DNA of 64,000 bases. It comes from Tubulanus polymorphus. Its lineage: Eukaryota > Animalia > Nemertea. The stretch lies in the NCBI RefSeq assembly GCF_964204645.1, contig NC_134028.1:4588001-4652000 (forward strand). The letters run 5' to 3'. The notes under the pieces are model-generated. The model had not been told where the DNA came from. It ran no database searches and saw nothing but the letters and a program-made list of their open reading frames with translations. The translations under genes were made by a program, and so were the position numbers. This document shows, in pieces, positions 49,301 through 62,950 of this stretch. Within the stretch, counting starts at the first letter, position 1. Each line of letters opens with the position of its first letter.

Positions 49301-51993
49301 TCACAAAATCCGATTTTTTGTCGTCCAGTAAAAGAAAAAACACGTGAAGATCTTAATAATTTAACTTACACCTTTTCTGTTAACATGATGTCAATCTCGT
49401 AGTTCGAATGGGGATAGAATATGTGCGAATACGTCGAATATTCTTGACATAACCTTTCAGCGTCCGGGAAATTATTTCTCGCTATGTGCTTTCCATAACA
49501 CATTCCTTTTTGAGTTAACCAATATCTATCTACTCTGCTATATCCTCCGTGGGACGACAGAGCACTAGTATAAGCTGGGCATTCTGTGTTGAAGTAGTTA
49601 GAGATTTAAGATTAGTTTCCACTCGCTTGGTTTAAAGGTAAATATGTAACTAAGAACTTGCGTTCTCTGTTAAGGTGACAGACAACAAAAACTGCTAGTA
49701 AACTGCGACCAATATATAAAAAAGAGAATTTTCATTTCCACGGGATTACCCCTAAAAAAAACTCTAACTACCCAGGGATACACGGTGTTAGTGGGGTGAT
49801 GCAGCTGCACCTGTAACGGTTGAGACAGCTGTAGATTATGCAGTTATAGCTGGCCGTGACGCAGCTGCACTGTAACAGACGTCATACGGCTGTAGCGGGT
49901 AATGCAGCTGCAGCGGGTGATAGAGCTGCAAAGAGGTGATGCACCTGTAACTGGTGATACTCACTGATTGGATCGACGCATGCGTAGACTACATGCGACT
50001 TTTCGTATTTGCAACGATGTTCGCTATAAACTTCAAAAGTTATTTTGCATTCATTTCTTGATTCACAAGTTTTTCTTGCTTTTTCCCACGTCTTGCTCGG
50101 AAATTTGTGGAACACTTCCGGCCAAGCCTATTGTAAAAAAATGAGACAAATGTGTATCGTAGTGAAATGTATTGTCTAGCGATAAACAACATATAGCTAC
50201 CATTGCTTTCATATAACAATTATCAGGACTCGAGCTGGTCGGTTCGGCCAGCCACTGTATCATATCAATCTGTAAGTCATCCGGGCAGGAGAGGGTTAAC
50301 TCGAAATTCGGTGAGGTCAACACTTCATACTTATCTGAAAGAATTGACAATTTGACAATTGAACCTATATTTCACTACCCGAGGCCACTTTCACACACAT
50401 ATTCCCTGGTTATAAATTCCATATCCCAATTTGGATCACGGTGCCCCAAATAACGGACCAAATTATTGCATGTCTATAAGATCTACGAAAACCAGAAGTT
50501 TAAGGATCATATCTATCTTTTTGACAATTCAAAATGAAGTTACACATTTATTGACAAGCTGTAATTTAACCGTTTCATTAGCGAATTAAAAAAAGATATC
50601 TTACGCGTTACCAAGCGATGAGAGATTCCAACAAAAACGTTTAATTCATGACAACAAACTTACCTAAACCTCTGACTGTGGATCAATTATTAGTAATATA
50701 ATTATAAAACAATGCTCACAATTTAAACGTTTTTCACAAATGTATTTGTATTTCTCATCACAGCTAACACTTTTATCTTTACTTGTCAAGCATTTTCCCT
50801 CCGATTCAGCATGCTTGTTTAAAAAACGAAGGTGTATTCCATTATCTCTGACTAAAATACAAATAGAAATGAAAATGTTAAAATTGTGTTGAGAGAGGGG
50901 GTGGGAGTTTTTGTTTCTGTACGTACTGTATCTTCTATTATAATGAAGACCAAACCAATATTCATCACCAGAATTTAATTGAGATTTCATGAATTTTAAT
51001 TCTGCCGCATTTTGTTCCGAAAACAACATTGCGCCGTTTCGCCAGCATTCTTTTCGGGCCACATACCAACTGGCTTGTGCCTCGGAGATCTTGTAGCAAA
51101 TATCGTCACGATACTGCAGCCACCCATCGGGACATGCAGATACTAGATTTCCTGCGATAAAACCGAGAAGGGTAAATTAATTAGGAAGGGGGTCCTAATT
51201 GTTGAATCTTGTGTCCCTATGTTTTAGCAATTTAATTTTTTCTGTTTTCGTTATATCTCTGGAACCAATACACAGATCAAACCAGCGGATAATAACCTTT
51301 TCTTTGATATCGCTCGTTTGAATATCAACCGTAACGATGCGCGCTGGTGAGTATATAAACATTGATACTATACCGTACTCTGGATAATTCAACTTTAATA
51401 AGTCTCGTCTCATTCAATAGATCATAATTCTAACGGATTTTAAGTGACATTTTTAACTTTTCAGGACCAATAGACATCAGTCATGTAATTTTTATTGTTT
51501 ATACAATTGTCAATTCAATTCATCTTTATCAGTTTCTGTTTCTATCTTCATCCATTCCAGGAGATATGCACAAAATAAGAAAGCGGGTGCCCAAAACATT
51601 GGGCCAGGGAACTGTAAAGGCTAGGCTAGGAATGCTTCATTCAAAATATACGAGGTTTAGATGCTACTGAGATGAGACGACGTGAACAACGTTTTGATAT
51701 TAACAATCATATGATCTTGAATTCTCAGTTTTTTTCCAAATAAACAGTCATTGAATTTAAGCCAGCTCAGAAGAAACGAACCAGCTGGTTCGTTTGTAAT
51801 AAACATCAAATCAATTCAAGATCAAGATCAAGATATACAATTCGATTGTTTGGGGCGGCTTGGGCCAGCTAGCACCACCGCATCCAGCAGAACAGCTGCA
51901 AAATTATTCACTGAGTTTCTTACCTGCAACTGGTTGTATGTAGATGGTTAGAAAAACAAGCAGAAACTTCAACCAATTTTCTACCGTCTCCAT
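40352..51993 (-). CDS. Secreted mosaic lectin/TSP1/PAN/LRR protein with a putative toxin-like region, copy B
   Basis: Signal exon [24 protein letters not shown] (51993-51924); same exon order as copy A. The large exon ~43030-40912 is open (one extra Gln relative to copy A), and the last-exon ORF translation is identical to copy A. Confidence 0.75.
45354..45641 (+). mobile_element. Penelope-like RT fragment inserted in an intron of copy B
   Basis: Translates as [20 protein letters not shown].. / [25 protein letters not shown] (IKPADKG motif region); ends in ACAAATACAAAATACAAAT; absent from the copy A intron at ~18685. Confidence 0.7.
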
Positions 51994-52875
51994 ATTAATA
52001 TCAATTTGTAGATGAATAATGAATGAGCTGCGAAAGTAAGTAAAATGTTCTAAACGTTTAACTTTAAATCAATCTTTTTGATATCGATTCATTTTCAATT
52101 TCTAGTTATAAAAATCTTAAGAAGATTTTTCGTAAAATCGTTCAAATAAATTCGAATAACTGTTGAGTGTTAATTGATATTAATATTTCTTGATATCTGA
52201 TCCTTGTTTAACATGTCAGGCGAACTTTCACTTAAACATGGATAAGATAAATGTAATGATAGTGCTTACCAGCGTGCGTTCCGCGACCTGTAAAATCATT
52301 CGTAGAAATGACGTTGAATGCGCAAATCGTTCGCCAGATATTGAGATTGAAAATTGCTGATCGTGTAAAAATAAACTCCTGCACATCGATTCCTGCACAG
52401 ATGTGTGTCAATTGGGCAGGTTTACTGTATTCTTTTTTTGTGAACCGCTGGTTCCACGTGTAAGTTGCAAGAGTTTTCCCAGGTTTGCTCGGTCGACTAT
52501 CGAACCGGCGGGGCAATCTAGATAGGCCAATGAAAACTCCGGTTTGCTGATCTACCCCTTTTTGCGGGGATCGCGGTATGATGTTTGATCGGACAGTTTC
52601 AACTGATGTTAATGGGTGTTTCAAGTGTTAAACGATGCTTATTACTTCATGAAGTATGGTGATTTCATACAAGATGCTAAAGGTTTAACGCGCAGGCTTC
52701 GTAGAAAGACCAGTGCGTGTGGCCTTTCCATATTGATTTCCCTTTCCGATTTGGTTTCGTCCATTGAGAGACTGCCTTTCCCAGTAAGGGCATGAATATG
52801 ACTTGTGCTCCATGGGCCTTCGTCGGTTATCTATGTTTCCTATGAGCTAGACCACAATGGTGACACCATGATGGT

Positions 52876-53260
52876 CAGAAATTGACCGATTGAGATATCC
52901 CCAGGTCTGAATGTTTGACTTCGAATATCGGAAATTTTTCAAGTCATGTTTGTTTCAAACTACCAAGGATTCATCATTGAAAATTCATAAACTGACCATC
53001 ACTGGCCAGCACTGACCAATCCATACTTCGAATATGAGAAAGATATACCGCGTTATGGTGTGAAACTAGAAGGGATTCGCCATTGAAAATTCATAAATTG
53101 ACCACTGACCACTACACTGACCAATTCAAACTTCTCGAATGTGAAAACGATATACCGGTGCTGCGTTGGGGGTGGAACTGGAAAATATTCGCAATTGAAA
53201 ATTTACGAATTGGCCATCACTGACCAGACCTCTGACCATTTCGAACTTCTCGAATATCGC
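52876..53260. repeat. Degenerate ~110-bp tandem repeat (3-4 units)
   Basis: Recurring ATTGAAAATTCATAA.TGACCA(TC)ACTG.CCA...CTGACCAAT...TCGAATAT. Confidence 0.7.
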
Positions 53261-54505
53261 GGTCGAATTCGAAAGGGCTTATAATAGAATTGACATGATA
53301 GAATTATGTTACCCCTAAAAACGGTGTTTGAACCACGCCAAATCACCAAATCACCGAATTCGCCGATCAAGACATAATAATAGCATAATCATTCGTTTTA
53401 GAAGGGAAGTTTCTCCCGGCTGGACTTTAGATGTTTTTTGCACCGTCGCCTATGGCCACACAAATATTCGTACACAGATAATATTAGTCCTAACGGGAAA
53501 CAGAATAACATAAAAACCGCGAACGATGAATTCGCCAGTGCTTTAGAACGCGCTGCGAGCGTGAACTTCTTATTAATAGCGGTGAAAATGTCCCGTCAGT
53601 AAATTCACTAATCGGTGTATCTAACTGAGAATTTCAAGTGAATTCGGTATTTCGGCAAAGTTCAAACACGCCGCAGCAGATTTCAGATATGTGCTCAGTG
53701 ACTGAGTGCAATCAGATAACTGAACGATCGCTTTTGAATACTTCACCATCAGAACTAAACATACTGTACGAGTCGTGTCGGCCGCGCAGCTGTGCTGGGA
53801 TCATTTTTTTCCAATTATCGACCGGCGCATGGGAGGGAGAACCAAGAGAGGGAGACGAGGGAGAGCCGGAGAGGGAGCAGAGGGACGTTGGAAGCAATTT
53901 TTCATTGCCGCGGCCAAATGCCGATTTTGGCCCAGGTTCTAAAAATTGCGCGGCGAATTTACTTAATTCAAGTTCTTCAAAAACGTGCCCGTGGTATTCA
54001 AAATTCGGTAAATAATGGCCCGCCGCGGCTCGCTGCAGTCGCTGCACTTCCAACGCCACTGGGGAGGAGAGGGAGAGGGAGGGAGAGGGAGAGCCAGGAG
54101 AGGAGAGCAGAGGAAGAGGGAGAGCCGGGAGACTCCAGAGGGAGAGGGATTCTGGACATACTCTGGCAAGGGAGTAGTAATAGTAAACCGGTGACTTATA
54201 GCGAATGACTTATGAACGAAAGACGATTGCCGGCTCAATACAGTACTAAATTGACTTGAATTGACAACAATTCTATACCGGTCGGCAAAGCTGTAATTAA
54301 GTGTCCATTTTAAGGAATACGTGCTAATTACTGTCTTTGATTTTTGAAGTGAACCACCTTATTTTTTACACGCACGAGTCTGCTCAGTGCCTACTGCTTC
54401 GTACTTGTGCATCAATTGGTCAAATAGACAGTTCCTTTCAAACTGTCTGTGACTGTGTGTGTCAGTGACAGTGTGTACAGAGGGTAGAGACTGTTTTATT
54501 AAAAG

Positions 54506-55357
54506 ATGTTTGCAGATCTAAATAACATTTTAAAGTGGCAGCCACAGAATGGTGATGGATTCGGTGAGGAAATTCTAGTTAAAGACGCTGATAGCTGTTG
54601 TCTTGTGGCGCATTTTCTCGCGTATTTCCTTCGTGGTTCGACGCCGGAGTGTGACGTTTGTCTCGTTTCCACGGTGCAGTCATTCGCGCATTACAACAAT
54701 GTAGTCGCTAAACTTGGGCTGAACCTAAAACAATCGCACGACGATGGGAAATTCATATTCATCAACGGTTTACGAGAGATTTCCGATCTGATAATTAAAA
54801 AATCGTGCATCGCGAACATCAAGGATTTTTACTTTTTTGTTAAATCGTCTGTTGCAAACGCATTTAAAGATGGCCGCCGCACCGTGCTCATTTTCGATGA
54901 TTTGACTTCGCTGATCTCAATCGGATATTCAGATATCGATGTAATCAATTTGACTTCATACGTACGGTCATTAGTAACCATGGACGATCGATGGAACAGT
55001 ATTATTTGGATGACGCAGTCGACTTCAGATTCCGAACGGAATCTCGATTCCGACTGGGATCGCCTACAAACATCTCTCTCCTACCGAGCGAACACAATTC
55101 TGGATGTCGAAAAGCTAAAAAGCGGTCGATGCAAAGAAGTTCATGGACTGGTAAGTGATCTGTTGATTCAGATTTATTTGAACTGACCTTGGACGTGATA
55201 TTTATTCATTTTCTTCCATTTTTGTTTTCAGATTATGATAAAGACTGGACTATGCAGTACTACTGGAATAAAGTCCTCCAGTGAAAAATTCCATTTTCGA
55301 ATCCAAGATAAAACTGTAAATTTCTTCCCTGTTGGTACGAGTTCGGCAGTTCTTTGA
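54506..55357 (+). CDS. ELP6: Elongator complex protein 6 (two exons: 54506-55150 and 55232-55357)
   Basis: Motifs VAHFLAYFLR, QSFAHYNNVVAKLGLNL, VLIFDDLTSL, LKSGRCKEVHG; GT-AG intron; exon 2 ends FHFRIQDKTVNFFPVGTSSAVL*. Confidence 0.9.
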
Positions 55358-56487
55358 TGAAATCAATTTATAAGTTACAAATAAAAATTACAAATTTCAA
55401 TTTGTGAAAAAAAAATCTTTTATTTGTTTCCAGAAATTGACTGGATACTCCTAGAGAATAAATAATTAGTTTAAACCCATACAAAATTTAAAATATTTAA
55501 AGAAATTTTATTAATCAAAATTTAAAATCAAAAGACACATCATTTCAAACTCTCATGGCTCTTGTGAGAGTTCAAACAAATAAAGCGTTTTATTTGTTTA
55601 TTTGTTGATAAAATCTAAATTTTCGTATGTGGGTTTTAATCTTGATTGTTTGAAGGAACATTAATACAGTGGTTGGTAATCGAAGTTTCAGCATTTCATT
55701 CTTGATAAAGAAATATCAATGAGCAAATCAAATCTTCCGTATACTGTCACCATCAACTTATTGATAATATTACAGTCAAAATCTTATTTTGAGATACCCA
55801 TTTTCTGGCTCCAGAGGCACCTGCCAAGCAAGAGCAAAGTAAACATGGATCGCAATAAGCTATTAATTACATAATTTAAATTATCGCAAATCCTTCAATG
55901 TCATTGACATAGATCAATGAGTTTTCCTCGACGGCCACTCCATAATTCTTACGAAAGATTAAGAATAAAACAGCCAAATACGGCATCAGTTTTAAAAATG
56001 GAATCAATTAATTTGTCCCTGATTGCGCTCCATACAATTCAATAGCCAGCCAATCAGGAAGCGATAGATGAAAGGAGTTGACAGTTCTATGTGTTGTGCA
56101 GTCACGAGAGGTTCCGCTACTTACCAGGACAGCTCACACCAGTCATTTATAACCCTATTCCTAGAATCCTAATAAACGAACCGGCGAAGACTCTAGGACG
56201 GTGAATTAATAAAAGAATTATGTTTTTTGTCAATTTCTAAAATAAGACCACACCTTAGAGTTCATTTGAAAAATTCTAGTGAATGTATCTGACAGCTCTC
56301 TGTATTCAACAACGTTCATTAATTCAGCCAAATAGTTACAGCCAGTTATAATTTTATATTGTCGGGTAGTAGCAGTATTTCTAGCTGTACTGTTAAGGTA
56401 TCCGGACCTCCAGTAGCATGTTCAATAAACCGTACAGTAAGCTGTAATCGTTTCTCGGGTTGGTAGACATTTTTGGCTTGTTTTAAA

Positions 56488-58999
56488 ATGGATGCTGCTG
56501 GAGGTGTGGGTTCTGTGGAGGGTGGCGCGTTCGGTGCCGGTAAAGCCGGAGCTCCGTTTGATCCGATGGCTTTTATTCGGAAGCCTCAAGTGATATTAAG
56601 AATCGTTAGTTGGGTGAGTAAATTCCCTTTTCTCTCTCGCCACACTCACTTCGTCCATGATGAATTTATTGATTTTTTTGCACTGTCAGTGTCTGTGTAT
56701 AACCATAAGTAGAATGTCGACGTTTAAAGTGTGTGAAGGAAGTGTATCTTAGATGAGAATGATATTACTGGCAGCCTTTTAATGAGGATATCAAGGGCAG
56801 GGCAAATTGTTAAATTGATTTAGGCCTATGCCTTGCAGTCAGCTTAAACCTGGTTCACCAGCGGCGTAGCTACCGGTGCGGTTGGTCCGACATGTGACGG
56901 ACCAATAATTACCAAGGTGGTTCTTCTAATTTGTTCTAATTTGAACAAAGCAGATGCAAATTTGATAAATTTGCATTGAAAAATTTGGAGGGGGGTTAGG
57001 TTAGGATTCGATTTTTCTCGACGGGCACAGTCCCGTGAACTGCATCGGGGCCAGAAATTATTTTCGCATTGCCTGATCGCGGCATTTCATCATATATCGC
57101 ATCTGGCAATCGAATGCGCGTGAGCAAGGTGAAGGTTGTTGTTTTCTAGGGATTCGAACCTAACTGATCTCACTTATGTATCTATGATTTGGATATTGTC
57201 GGAGCCATCCTTTTCATTGACTCCAGACATAAACAAACGATCGACCGCGCGTGGCAGCAGTCTAGTCTTATTTTGTCATTAGTCAATGCTGGAAAATGGG
57301 CCTCAGATGCCCAAAGAACCCCTTGAGATTTCAAAATGTTCTTGGGGGAGGACCTTCGGTGCTCGGGACTGCTGGCTATGCCATGTCAGACCAATAATTA
57401 TTTGGTTGCTACTCCCCTGTTCACTGGTGCAGTATTATTGTAAGCTTGGTTTACTGGGACTGAATCAGTTCCAGCAGCAGCAACAGTTGACGAAGGTGGT
57501 GTTTTGTATTTCAGTTATTTGCAATCGTAGTATTCGGATGTATCCGAGCTGGTTGTTGGAGTGAAGCTATTTGTTTGTATAATGGCGATTCTGATGCGTG
57601 TAACTATGGAACCGGTATCGGAGTTATCGCGTTCCTCGCCTGTTTAGGGTTCCTCGTCGTCGACGGTTTATTCGATAATATCAGCAGCGTACAGCACAGG
57701 AAGTACGCAGTGATCGCAGATCTTGCATTCTCCGGTTAGTATCCAGACAATCTTACGGCCCAAATCTCTTGATAAGTGTAAACTATTGCCATGTCAAGAC
57801 AGGTTAAGTGACAGTATTACGCTCTAGTCTGTCTTAGCAACAAGGGCAACCTCAATTGGAAGGCAGGGTCCCGACCCCCTAGACCACCCAAGATTACTAA
57901 AGTTTAAACTCCATAACAGTAAAGATAGGTTACTCAATTCACTCCCGCCCCCCGCATATATCTGACCGTGTGCTGTTTTTATTTAAGGTCTGTGGACATT
58001 CCTGTGGTTTGTTGGGTTCTGTTATTTAACAAACCGATGGTCAAATACTCTAGAAGCGATGGTATTAGCAACTAATAAGGGAAATAGCAATGCTCAAGCT
58101 GCAATTGCATTTTCCTTCTTTTCAATCGGAACATGGGTAAGTCGAATAACAGTTGCACTTAGTTGTGGAGCCTGGTCAGGCTGGCCACTGACCAGGAAAC
58201 ATTCAGAGGATCAGAAAAATCTAGAAAGAAAATCAGGGAATTTTACACAAAAAAAAACTGGAAAAATCAGACATTGTAATTAGTGCGTTATGAAAAGTGT
58301 GCAAGTTCGACCTAGACTTTATGTGTATTGATGGACAGGACTTGCCTTTTTCATATCTAGACTAAATTATAATAATGCTGGCTTGTTTTCACCAGGGAGG
58401 GGATCCTACTTCCCTGTTCACACTAATTATTCATGGTTGGTAACTAAAACCGTAAAGACTGGCTTTTCCGTGTTGCAAACGACTGTCATTTTACATGTTG
58501 TTCTGTCTGTTCAAAAACATTTGATATGAATGGGTGAAGGAGCAGTGAGCAGTGAGCAGTCACATGAAAGGCCAGATTAGATTTAGCCACACAGATTCTA
58601 TATCATTTGCTTTCTCCTTGATGACCTACGTTGCCTGTTTCTGGGGGTAACAGGTAAAATTCCCCTCGGTTGGCGATGTATAATTTAGTGGCCTGGAACA
58701 TTTATAATCTAGGTATGGAAAATGATATTGGCCAACCCGTGGGAACCCTGGTCCCTGTTAACGCTGTAGTTGCTGTATTTTGTGTGTATGTTGTATTTAA
58801 GGCTGGTTTGACGGTTCTGGCTGTGATGAGATATCGTCAAGGTTCAGCGGCCGCGTTCGCACCGAGCTTCGAATCGAATCAATCGCAGGCTCCGTATTCA
58901 TCTTACCCCGGCGGTCCGGAGAACGTCGACCCGTACCAAGCACCTCCATTCACCGGCGATAAGGGGCCAGCACCGGAATACCAACCACCGACTTACTGA
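56488..58999 (+). CDS. SYNGR: Synaptogyrin (MARVEL domain), four exons (~56488-56613, ~57514-57735, ~57988-58136, 58802-58999)
   Basis: GGAFGAGKAGAPFDPMAFIRKPQVILRIVSW; FAIVVFGCI..CLYNGDSDACNYGTGIGVIAFLAC; LWTFLWFVGFCYLTNRW; AQAAIAFSFFSIGTW; Pro/Tyr-rich tail ending EYQPPTY. Confidence 0.93.
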
Positions 59000-61464
59000 A
59001 ACGATCAATAGTTAAATGAACTAGTCACAGTAGAGAGAAACTGTGTGACTGATTATTCTCATTGACTGCACTCGTGTTTGATACCCGAACAAACATCAGT
59101 TTTATTAAAGCTCAATTTTCAACGTGAGATTCAAACCATACCAAACACATAAACCCTCGTCAATTCTTAACTTAACAAACTAGTATCGAACAAATGATTA
59201 TATGAATTAAGCCGATTTTTGAAACGTGTCAGTGGTGGACCCTGTAACTAGTAAAAAGGGATGTAACAAGGGCTTCCTTTGAGCAACTCAGAGTCAGTCG
59301 GTAATTACGAGTATTAAAAGCTTTGGCGGTTGAAATCGGTTGATGATTGATTCATATGAGATAGACATATGTCAATGAGATAGATGTATGTCAATGAGAT
59401 GATCTATGTTTCATTATATCATTTGGCTTCATTGTTTTAAGAGAGAGAAGATCAATTCTCGTATCACTGTTTGTCTGGTATCATTTATTGACTGAGGGAA
59501 GAAAACAAACAAATTCAGTAAGACGAGCTGATTCTTAATCTGTGCTAGAAGCATGCGAGTCAGGATCTGGTTCCTCCTTCTTGGTTATAAGTTAAACATC
59601 ACCAATGAACTAACTAACTATGAAGCAAAACCGCTTACAAAAACCCTGGAACCACATCCAGATTAAAGGCTAAATCAATATCTAAAACCAGCGTCATGAG
59701 ATAACCGTGGTCTACTCTTCACTCAGTAATTGATATCAGTTGAACGTGATGAATATACCATGTGCAAGTTTTTGCAGTATTTAACACATTTAGAGCAGAT
59801 TGTGACTATTATTGATAATTGATGTTAGGTTGAAAATAATTGGAAATAAACCGTAAATAGCTGGTTGTCAATAGGAATATAATATAAATATCGCAACAAA
59901 TAATCGTTTGTTTTTCTGGTAAATATTAAAAGTTATATGTGTATATAGTAATTATATACAGGGATTTGTAATGCTGATTTTTGCCTTTTTCCAAAGAACA
60001 TTTCCAGAAATTTTGCACATTTTGTTACACCCTTAATTTATAGCCTGCGCATTCTCCAATTGTGAGTTCATTTCGATTGAAATTTTTATCGTTGCAAATT
60101 TCTTTTCCCACATCTCGAGTTTTAGATTTAAGTTATTCAGGTTAACATTAGTCGCATGGGGCATTAGTAATGAATAATAGAGTTGATGACAAGTAGTGAA
60201 CATCATTGTTACGTGCGTGTTGTATTGAAATGGTTTATTGTCAGTTTGAAAGTATTTATAATTAGAGAGGGGTAAAGTTGTACAGGTTGTATTGATGTCA
60301 GTCACTGAGCTACTGTTTTAAATAGTTTTAATGTTAAGGGATACCAGTCAACTAGTTAACTGTCTGCACCCTGAACCCCCTTATACAGAAACCGATCATC
60401 AAGAGTTCACCAGCAGGTCTCCTCTCTGCTCTCTCTCGAGAGAGAGAGATTTCCATACATTTATCACTATGCATTGAAAATCAGGTTGTCTAGTCTTCAC
60501 CAATGGAAGCGTGATTGTTTGAAGGGGTGGGGCTTCAGTGAGGGGTTCAAGCAGCTGATTGTACTACACCCCCTTGAACAATCAGCTGCTTGTTTGAGGG
60601 GGTGCAGGGTTCAGCCAGCTGATTAATGCCTTCACTCATTTGATTGGAGCAAATGATGATTTTCACGCAATGAATTCCTTGTTGTCAATGCTCATCGCTC
60701 CAACATTTCACAGTAACTGTTGACAGTGTCCACTTGCCTGACCGACTACACACTATATACACTACTATATTGTCAAACATAGAATACGTATCTTCATTGG
60801 TAGAAACAAACGATATATTAAGGATTATGTATAAATGTGTAAAATATAATGTACATAGGTTAAAAACTACAAAAAAAGGTTAATAGACCGTAAAAAGAAG
60901 GGCCACCCGCATCAAAGAAAGACTAGAATTCTACCGTAGTTGAATTTCAGTGATTCTTTGTTTGTATATAGGGTATAACACTGGGCTCGAATAATTCATA
61001 AATATGGTATCTATTCATGTATGCATTCCAAACATGTAAAACAGTTGTTCATGTGTGTTACAATTATTATTGATATATATATAAAACTAGATCAGTAAAT
61101 CATCATCAGTGTGTCATAATCATATTTTTAATATATGTATAAATCCACATCAAATAGAAGGCGCCATATCATCCCGCCCTTAGTCTGACAAAACCCTCTC
61201 TCTCTCTCTATCCCAGTCTCTCCCTCTATCTCACTTGCTTCGTTTGTATAAAATGATTCCACTCTGATATTTGTAACATCCAAGGCTTTATAAAAATTAT
61301 GCTTTCATATAAGGACAAATTTTCTATTCACTCATAAAAAATGCTTCAATTTCATTGCAATTTGAAACTCAAAGAGGAAGAGTTATTCAACTGTCACATT
61401 GTAGAATGAACAGCTGTAAAAATGAACCTATATTAAAAGTGATTTGAACTGGGAGTTTCCCCTG

Positions 61465-61805
61465 GAGAAGCTACCAATAGCGGGTCATTCTGAAGAAGCT
61501 ACCGATAGTGGTATATTCTTCTGAAGAAGCTACCAATGGCAGTACATTCTGAAGAAGCTACCGATAGTGGTATATTCTGAGGAAGAAGCTACCAATGGCA
61601 GTACACTCTGAAGAAGCTACTGATAGTGGTATATTCTTCTGAAGAAGCTACCAATGGCAGAACATTCTGAAGAAGCTACCGATAGTGGTATATTCTGAGG
61701 AAGAAGCTACCAATGGCAGTACATTCTGAAGAAGCTGTTGATAGCAGCACACTGAAGAAGCTACCAATAGCGGTATATTCTGAAGAAGTTGCTGATAGCA
61801 GTATA
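61465..61805. repeat. ~28-31-bp minisatellite with alternating A/B units (CTGAAGAAGCTACCAATGGCAGTACATT / CTGAAGAAGCTACCGATAGTGGTATATT)
   Basis: About 11-12 tandem units with dimeric higher-order periodicity. Confidence 0.9.
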
Positions 61806-62913
61806 TCCCGGAGACTGCTCGTTTGCAGTGGATGATGAGTGATGTATCAAGTATTTGTAAAAGTTGTTGTATGTATTGATAGGCCTAATTGAGGCAATAA
61901 AATATAAACAGTTGAGACGATGCAATAGACTTCATTATTCACTAACTCTCACCAGTAGCAGTCGGATATTCGGACTGAGGAACGTGGTTTGCTTGCACTG
62001 CAGTACACTGGAAACACCCCTTAACCCACAGTTGAGGCCTAGAGGCCAGTTCCTTAGTCATGCAGGGTTTGTGGCAAGTCTATTAATTGCTACTATTTGG
62101 AAAAACCTCGTTAAGGAGTACTTTATGCAAAAATGATATTAAGTGCTGAAAAGTGTCACTTGCCCAATGCGCTCATTTTTGCAAAAAAAAATAACCGTCG
62201 CCCTCTCCATAATAAAATTACAAATACCCGGATACAAATTCGCCTTTTTCAAAATAAATATGCCTATATCATGGAAAAATTTGGCAGTTGGGTAGTTTCG
62301 GTGCTATTTTAAAAGTCGGAGAATTTTAATCGGTAAATAGTTTGCCCACTACGGCTATTCAACGTGTCTGGCAAGCGAGTATTATGTTAGTTCGCATTTT
62401 TCCCGCTATCGTTATACATAGGGGCAGCACTAGACAATCGAGATCGCTAATTTAACTGTGGCGGGCTAATATTATAGCAATCGTCAATTCCGCTTTCATG
62501 AAATCATTCTCTCAATTGATTAAAACGTTGGGGCCATTTTCTAAATCGAATTGATTCTCAATATGATTTGAGATATATTTTGATTTTGGTTAAAAGATAA
62601 GAATTAAATCACAGAGGGTCATTGAAACTAGTCGTTACAATAGAGTGCAATTCACAACTGATTCCGCACTAAATGTGCTTACTTTTGCATAAACCTTAAT
62701 TAATACTATGCTATGGCTTAGATTCAAGATCACCAAGTCCAATCATTAACGATCTCAGCCCACTTTAGGACACGTCATGGCTACAACCGGACAGGGGTAT
62801 ATTATATATTTAACTTCACTTGACCAACAATTTGGAGACTTTAGGATGTCGAGAGAAACCCCACAATAACGAAGCCAAGATTGAAAATCAGGCGTACTGA
62901 TGATTCAGTATGC

Positions 62914-62950
62914 CTGATGATGGCCAACAGTTGTTAGCCGAAACGTCACT
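62914..62950 (+). ncRNA. Hammerhead ribozyme-like motif within an inverted-repeat remnant
   Basis: CTGATGA-T-GGCCAAC(agtt)GTTAGCC-GAAA-CGTC; stem I is poorly formed; flanked by the inverted pair GAGAGAAACCCC..AACGAAGCCAAGATTGAAAA / TTTTCAATCTTGGCTTCGTTGGGATTTCTCTC. Confidence 0.55.

Larger units (their letters stand above)
37415..52470. repeat. Tandem segmental duplication, unit B
   Basis: Collinear with unit A; lacks the palindrome, but carries a solo LTR and a Penelope-like RT fragment. Confidence 0.9.

Noticed and set aside
61465-61805. CRISPR-like periodic repeat
   Set aside because: The intervening sequences are repeated rather than unique spacers, there are no cas genes, and the context is eukaryotic.
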